Part shown: positions 60,601 to 64,000 of the stretch, piece after piece
How the letters are laid out: every line of letters starts with the position of its first letter
Position numbering within the stretch: the stretch's first letter is position 1
Source: Epithemia pelagica
Taxonomy: Eukaryota > Protista > Bacillariophyta
Direction: 5' to 3'
Assembly (NCBI GenBank): GCA_946965045.2
Contig: OX337241.1
Span: forward strand, 868,001-932,000
DNA: 64,000 nucleotides
The notes under the pieces: generated by a model
What the model saw: the letters and a program-made list of their open reading frames with translations, nothing else
What the model was told of the DNA's origin: nothing
The model's database searches: none
Position numbers and translations under genes: made by a program

Positions 60601-62483
60601 ACACAGATAGTCACACGTCTGTACTTCTCCAGAATAACATTCGGGACAGGTGTTACTGGTGAGTCCACAATAGGCGGTCGCCTTCGAGTAGTCTTTCCTT
60701 TCAGGGCTCCAATATCAGGCCCAAAAATATGTTCTGCAGCCAATATATCGGCCCTTGTGACTGGACAGTTTGGTAGGGAATTTCCTTCCACAATTTTAAT
60801 GTAGTCCCTTGTACTTGGTCGTCCAATCTTGATTTGAAGCTCTCGTGCTCTAAGGGCTCTCATGTAGTCGTTGTTGGTGTATTTAGATTTATTGTCCCTG
60901 ACTGTATTCACCACCAACATATGTCCGTCATCATGCATCTCATCATTTGGGCTTGAAGTGTCTAGGTAGTGTAGTCCCGACTCGGCTTCCTTGAAAATAT
61001 GCCTTTTTCCGTCTGGCTTATAAACAGTGAACTCGCCCCCGCTTTTCTTGGCCACATAGTCCACCCTTCCATATTTCTTTCTGATCCGACTGAGACTCAG
61101 CACATTTGCAATTCCTTTTGGGTCGTGCCACACCTCACCATATCCTTGCAAGTCTCCAACCATGTCGATTGTGCGTTTTCCTGCATTGCAATATATATTA
61201 ATCTTCTTATCTGTCTTACGTATATTCTTGAGCAAGGCTCTGTTACTGAAACAATCCACTGTTGACTGACTATCCAGAAGGATCCACGTCTTGGGTACAA
61301 TAGCGTTAGATTGGGAAAACAAGAACGTCACAGCATTTATTTCAGTGCTCTCACCGTTGTTGTTGTTGTCATCATTGTTGTTGTTACCGTTTCCTTCTTG
61401 ACCCTGCTGGTGTGGACAGTCTCTTGCGTAATGACCTGTTCCTCCGCAGTTGTAACAGATGACTTGGCTCATGTCTCTCCCATTTGTCGAGGTTTGTGCA
61501 AATGCCACTCCATCATTCTCAGGAATGATGGCAACCGTGTCTTCCTCACGCCTCTGAAGAATATTGAAAGCATCGGATACTGTCTTTGGATAGTTGTCGT
61601 GATTGTCCAAGTGGCTGTTCCGCAAATGTTTAATATAACCCTTGTGGTTCTCATTTGTTCCCCAGATAAACCGGATAGCCAAGGCGCGTTGTTTGGCTTC
61701 TTCATAGTCCTCTTCTTCAGGTTCATCACCTCGTCCATTGCTCTCAGCAATGTTATCAACCAGTGCTTGATCCCACACGGTAATACCCACCTCGTCTAGG
61801 ACTGCAACTTGAGCAACGAACAATTCGTGATATTTCTCCAGTGACATGTGTTTACCTTGTCTAAGTTTGTAAAAGCTCTCTTTTACGTCACACAATGAGT
61901 CAGCTAGGTTTCTCTTCTCCTCAAACGTATGGATAAGGGATCTCACAATAACCAGTAGAGCAATCCCATCCTGGCTCGCGGCTTCAAAGTCTTCATGCGA
62001 CTTAAGCCGTTCTTGCATCGCGTCTGTACATTGTCCGAACACAAGGCTGTACAGGCTTGCTCGAAAGTTTGCATACTCTTGCATCTTGGTACGATGATCC
62101 TTGATGTTCAACTTCCAATGTTCAAACGCCACCTGATCATTTGGGTCAGGATCATTTGGTTCATCTGGGTCATCGAGTTCTAGCGTTTCTATCGCTGCTG
62201 TGAAGTCACCTGGGTATTTCGTAAACGTTCTTCCAACGTAGTTCGCAATCTCCTTGGTAGTACGTATGTACTTATCGGGGGTTCTCTCCCCGTTGTAATC
62301 GTAGATGTGGCCCGCCAACGCCTTCTCCCGTCCTTCAAAGCGATTTCTCTGAAACTGATTATTTCTTCGGCCTGTACGGAAGTGGTTACCTCTGCCACCT
62401 CGGCCGGAGCGTGGACGGCCATTTCCACGGCCATTGCTTCCACCATCTCTTGGGGGAGAGGGAGCATTACTGTCACTCGACAT
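57378..62483 (-). CDS. Gag-Pol polyprotein of copia C (1701 aa)
   Basis: CYNCGGTGHYARDC knuckle, protease WILLDSQST, integrase (VDVL, MDGAF, HVGDVER), RT (KGRGCADGR, VDVPGAF, LYGTLKA, WHVDD), RNase H (WIDASY, IADFFTKPL). The ORF runs ~275 nt into the 3' LTR. Confidence 0.95.
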   Translation of the reverse strand: MSSDSNAPSPPRDGGSNGRGNGRPRSGRGGRGNHFRTGRRNNQFQRNRFEGREKALAGHIYDYNGERTPDKYIRTTKEIANYVGRTFTKYPGDFTAAIETLELDDPDEPNDPDPNDQVAFEHWKLNIKDHRTKMQEYANFRASLYSLVFGQCTDAMQERLKSHEDFEAASQDGIALLVIVRSLIHTFEEKRNLADSLCDVKESFYKLRQGKHMSLEKYHELFVAQVAVLDEVGITVWDQALVDNIAESNGRGDEPEEEDYEEAKQRALAIRFIWGTNENHKGYIKHLRNSHLDNHDNYPKTVSDAFNILQRREEDTVAIIPENDGVAFAQTSTNGRDMSQVICYNCGGTGHYARDCPHQQGQEGNGNNNNDDNNNNGESTEINAVTFLFSQSNAIVPKTWILLDSQSTVDCFSNRALLKNIRKTDKKINIYCNAGKRTIDMVGDLQGYGEVWHDPKGIANVLSLSRIRKKYGRVDYVAKKSGGEFTVYKPDGKRHIFKEAESGLHYLDTSSPNDEMHDDGHMLVVNTVRDNKSKYTNNDYMRALRARELQIKIGRPSTRDYIKIVEGNSLPNCPVTRADILAAEHIFGPDIGALKGKTTRRRPPIVDSPVTPVPNVILEKYRRVTICVDVLHINNIPMLASISRNIKFGTVEAMASLKEGPMLEAIKHICQVYRRAGFKVESSLMDGAFSYLKGALADMGIALNDTSRDEHVGDVERYIRTMKERIRATYNTLPFKKIPGRLVIEMAKSAVFWLNGFPIASGVSQEASPRTIITGQKLDYSRHCKYQFGEYCQTHEEHDNSMNPRTIGALALRPTGNAQGSYYFLSLSTGRVINRLHATALPMPDDVIDRVHRMARQQKANPGLVFGDRNNLANIFDLDDDDEDDDDFIPNEMDEIVDEYDEYDDPEDEIADNEDENQGVLPVVEEEENQGVLPVMDVAENEGVPPVVMELEPENDAMDPIDDDADVDDVPIDEEQEESSVSNTDENNDPVMAAAEEGDNQSHHDEEESGNRENEGRYSLRSRRTRDYSYQYNPEEFDTNDRENEDEDGAVMAEVAGVEDTVETPQMSLKLGLKKFGEEGLDAVRKEMRQLHDRKVMRPVARYSLTPKQRRDALAYLMFLKRKRTGKVKGRGCADGRKQRDYIPKEDSTSPTVKTESVLLTAAIDAKEKRDVAVVDVPGAFMQADMDDIVHIRFTGEMLEMLLEIDPCYASYICYERGEKALYVVLDKALYGTLKAARLFWEMLSKQLVEWGFVVNPYDECVANKECSGGQLTVTWHVDDIKVSHKSSIVVDQFIQQMEETFGKEGPLTISRGKVHDYLGMILDYSVEGSVIIRMESYINNMINDMPEDMIGVASTPASSSLFKVNTNGTPTLNPKKKEIFVHLVMQALYLSQRGRPDIRTAVSFLCGRLTCPDEDDYSKLSRMMKYLQGTRSLPLTLRVEDDGKLQWWIDASYAVHPNMRGHTGATMSMGKGSVFSGSWKQKMVTRSSTESEVVGVHDVLPQILWTKMFLEAQGFSIAANVLYQDNLSAILLEKNGRQSSTKRTKHMHLRYFYITDQVKKGEISIEHCPTKDMIADFFTKPLQGHLFHKLRNLVMGMDPPTDQMKDPRSVLKHEDRRTNDSEAGHSEATPSTTKTKLVHQGDKKSYWNGSSNTDGDTSQPQDNKKGKDMAGSDAGVNASGMTTTRSYRDILIGEGRRRSS

Positions 62484-62499
62484 CGCTCTATAGCGAAAA

Positions 62500-62885
62500 T
62501 GTTGAAACCAATTGCTCAGCCTGCAGCCTATGCAATGGCACGCTTGTTTCTCCTTACAAACTTCGTTTTCGCTATAGAGTGAGCTCTCTCAGCTCGTCGT
62601 TAATCTAGTCTTAGCTTGATCTTCTACGACCTTCTCCGATTAGAATGTCCCTGTAACTTCTTGTCGTGGTCATTCCAGAGGCATTAACACCGGCGTCTGA
62701 TCCGGCCATGTCTTTTCCTTTCTTGTTATCTTGTGGTTGACTTGTGTCCCCATCTGTATTGCTACTGCCGTTCCAGTATGACTTCTTGTCTCCCTGGTGG
62801 ACAAGTTTAGTCTTAGTCGTACTCGGCGTTGCTTCCGAATGACCAGCTTCCGAATCGTTCGTCCGTCGGTCCTCGTGCTTCAACA
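62500..62885 (-). repeat. 5' LTR of copia C
   Basis: Direct repeat of 57267-57652. Confidence 0.96.
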
Positions 62886-63005
62886 GTTCTCTCATCTTTT
62901 GCTCCAACGGAAACAAGTGTTTGGTAGCTCCCGTTCGTGTTGAAGACGGATCGGCATTGGAATTGATCACCCATGAGAAGGACGCAGAAAGCAATGTTTT
63001 GTGCT

Positions 63006-64000
63006 CTATTCCTCATCCAGGGCGGAAGTCGCTTTGGGGGGCGACTGCTGGTACGTTCCAGTCGTATGGTCGGACAGCGGTGTATCAAGGACGAGCGGAT
63101 TCAAGGCAATTTCCAACATGGTTTCCCACGACTGCAAGGCAATGGCATGTTCGGGTGAGACAATGGCAATGACGTGACCCGGTTTTCCAGCTCGTCCCGT
63201 CCGGCCAGCAATGTGTGTATATTCATTGGGTGTGGTGGGTCGTCCAACCATGAGCACGACATCCAATCCATCCAAATGCAATCCTCGAACCGAATCTTCT
63301 CCCGTAACCCACAAGACCGAATCATCATTGCCATTCTTCTTGGTGGTGGGTGACCCTGACGACGAAAACGATTCTCCAATGCCAGTCGCACCCGTCACTT
63401 GACGATGTCTTTCCATGAGCGGATCCGTCCCCGAATAGTCACCTCCCTGAAGGGCATCCAGCAAGGATTGGGGTTCCGGGCGACATTGAAAGTGTTTCAA
63501 GGCACCAACGACATTGTTGGTACTCATACCAAAGGATTTGCACAAAACGAGAAGCATTTTGAACGATGACTTGTTCTCTTGGTCGTTATGAGTTTTGCGG
63601 TGGCCCATGAGGTGTTGAATGACACGCAAGGCACCCGTCAAGAGTTTTCCTTCGGAACTTCCCGTCACGACATGGATCGAGTGTGTCACAGTATCAGGAA
63701 TGGTCACGGCCCGCCCAGTGGACGCTGCTGCTTCTTGTTGTCGTTGTTGTGTCTGTTGCGTTCCCACTTGTTTCCCAACCATCGAATCAGCATTGTCGTC
63801 TTCCAGAGTGTCATCTAGGGCTCGTACCACGGGTGGTCCTTGTTGCGGTTCGAGTCCCAAGACACGTGCCACTTCCCGTCGCAAGGGTCGTCCTACGGTG
63901 GCGCTGGCCGCCATGACTTGGGCCCGTCCCAAGGTGGATCGTGCCACCGCTGCCGTCAAGACAGCGGCTGGTTTTTCGTGTACATGACGTTGCTTGCCTC
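63006..64000 (-). CDS. DEAD/DEAH-box helicase-like protein, C-terminal part (5' end outside the window)
   Basis: Motif III-like ASAT, motif V-like VRGLHLDGLDVV and motif VI-like YTHIAGRTGRAGKPG. Confidence 0.8.
   Translation of the reverse strand, partial: GKQRHVHEKPAAVLTAAVARSTLGRAQVMAASATVGRPLRREVARVLGLEPQQGPPVVRALDDTLEDDNADSMVGKQVGTQQTQQRQQEAAASTGRAVTIPDTVTHSIHVVTGSSEGKLLTGALRVIQHLMGHRKTHNDQENKSSFKMLLVLCKSFGMSTNNVVGALKHFQCRPEPQSLLDALQGGDYSGTDPLMERHRQVTGATGIGESFSSSGSPTTKKNGNDDSVLWVTGEDSVRGLHLDGLDVVLMVGRPTTPNEYTHIAGRTGRAGKPGHVIAIVSPEHAIALQSWETMLEIALNPLVLDTPLSDHTTGTYQQSPPKATSALDEE

Larger units (their letters stand above)
57267..62885 (-). mobile_element. Full-length Ty1/copia (CoDi-like) LTR retrotransposon C
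   Basis: 386-bp LTRs 57267-57652 and 62500-62885 (TGTTGAA...TTCAACA; one substitution seen), 5-bp TSD GTTCT, single 1701-aa ORF. Confidence 0.97.

Noticed and set aside
56916-63088. Minus-strand frames on either side of copia C rejoin (…GAKDER|TGNREQ…) into a ~180-codon ORF
   Set aside because: No recognisable motif, it overlaps the helicase 3' end, and a one-in-three frame match is expected by chance; I cannot call a disrupted gene.

Overview
Eukaryotic, intron-containing, repeat-rich window. It is most likely from a pennate diatom, inferred from the CoDi-type Ty1/copia elements, a signal-peptide+RXL Lys/Tyr/Asp-repeat protein and diatom-like myosins; this was not checked against a database. 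Left to right: (1) the 3' part of a copia element whose integrase core is deleted in frame; (2) a 2.5-kb tandem duplication carrying two frameshifted Kelch genes, with a cryptic VapD/Cas2-like ORF between them; (3) a 472-bp MITE inserted in a palindrome; (4) an unrecognised type-II membrane protein family ('family X', 4 copies plus 2 exon-1 remnants), one copy split by an intact, young copia element; (5) a ~9.2-kb tandem triplication (18364-45870), each unit holding a family X gene, a tail-less myosin and the 5' part of a secreted/membrane protein gene ('gene Y'); (6) single-copy genes: full gene Y, Cpn10, a K/G/D/Y repeat cell-wall-like protein, a full-length myosin and a cathepsin D-like protease; (7) a second intact, young copia element; (8) the 3' end of a DEAD-box helicase. 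Top observation: the last copia element has no tRNA-type primer-binding site. Instead the 14 nt abutting its 5' LTR are perfectly complementary to a segment inside the LTR. This is the architecture of Tf1-type self-priming, which I know only from Ty3/gypsy elements. All coordinates and comparisons were made by eye.
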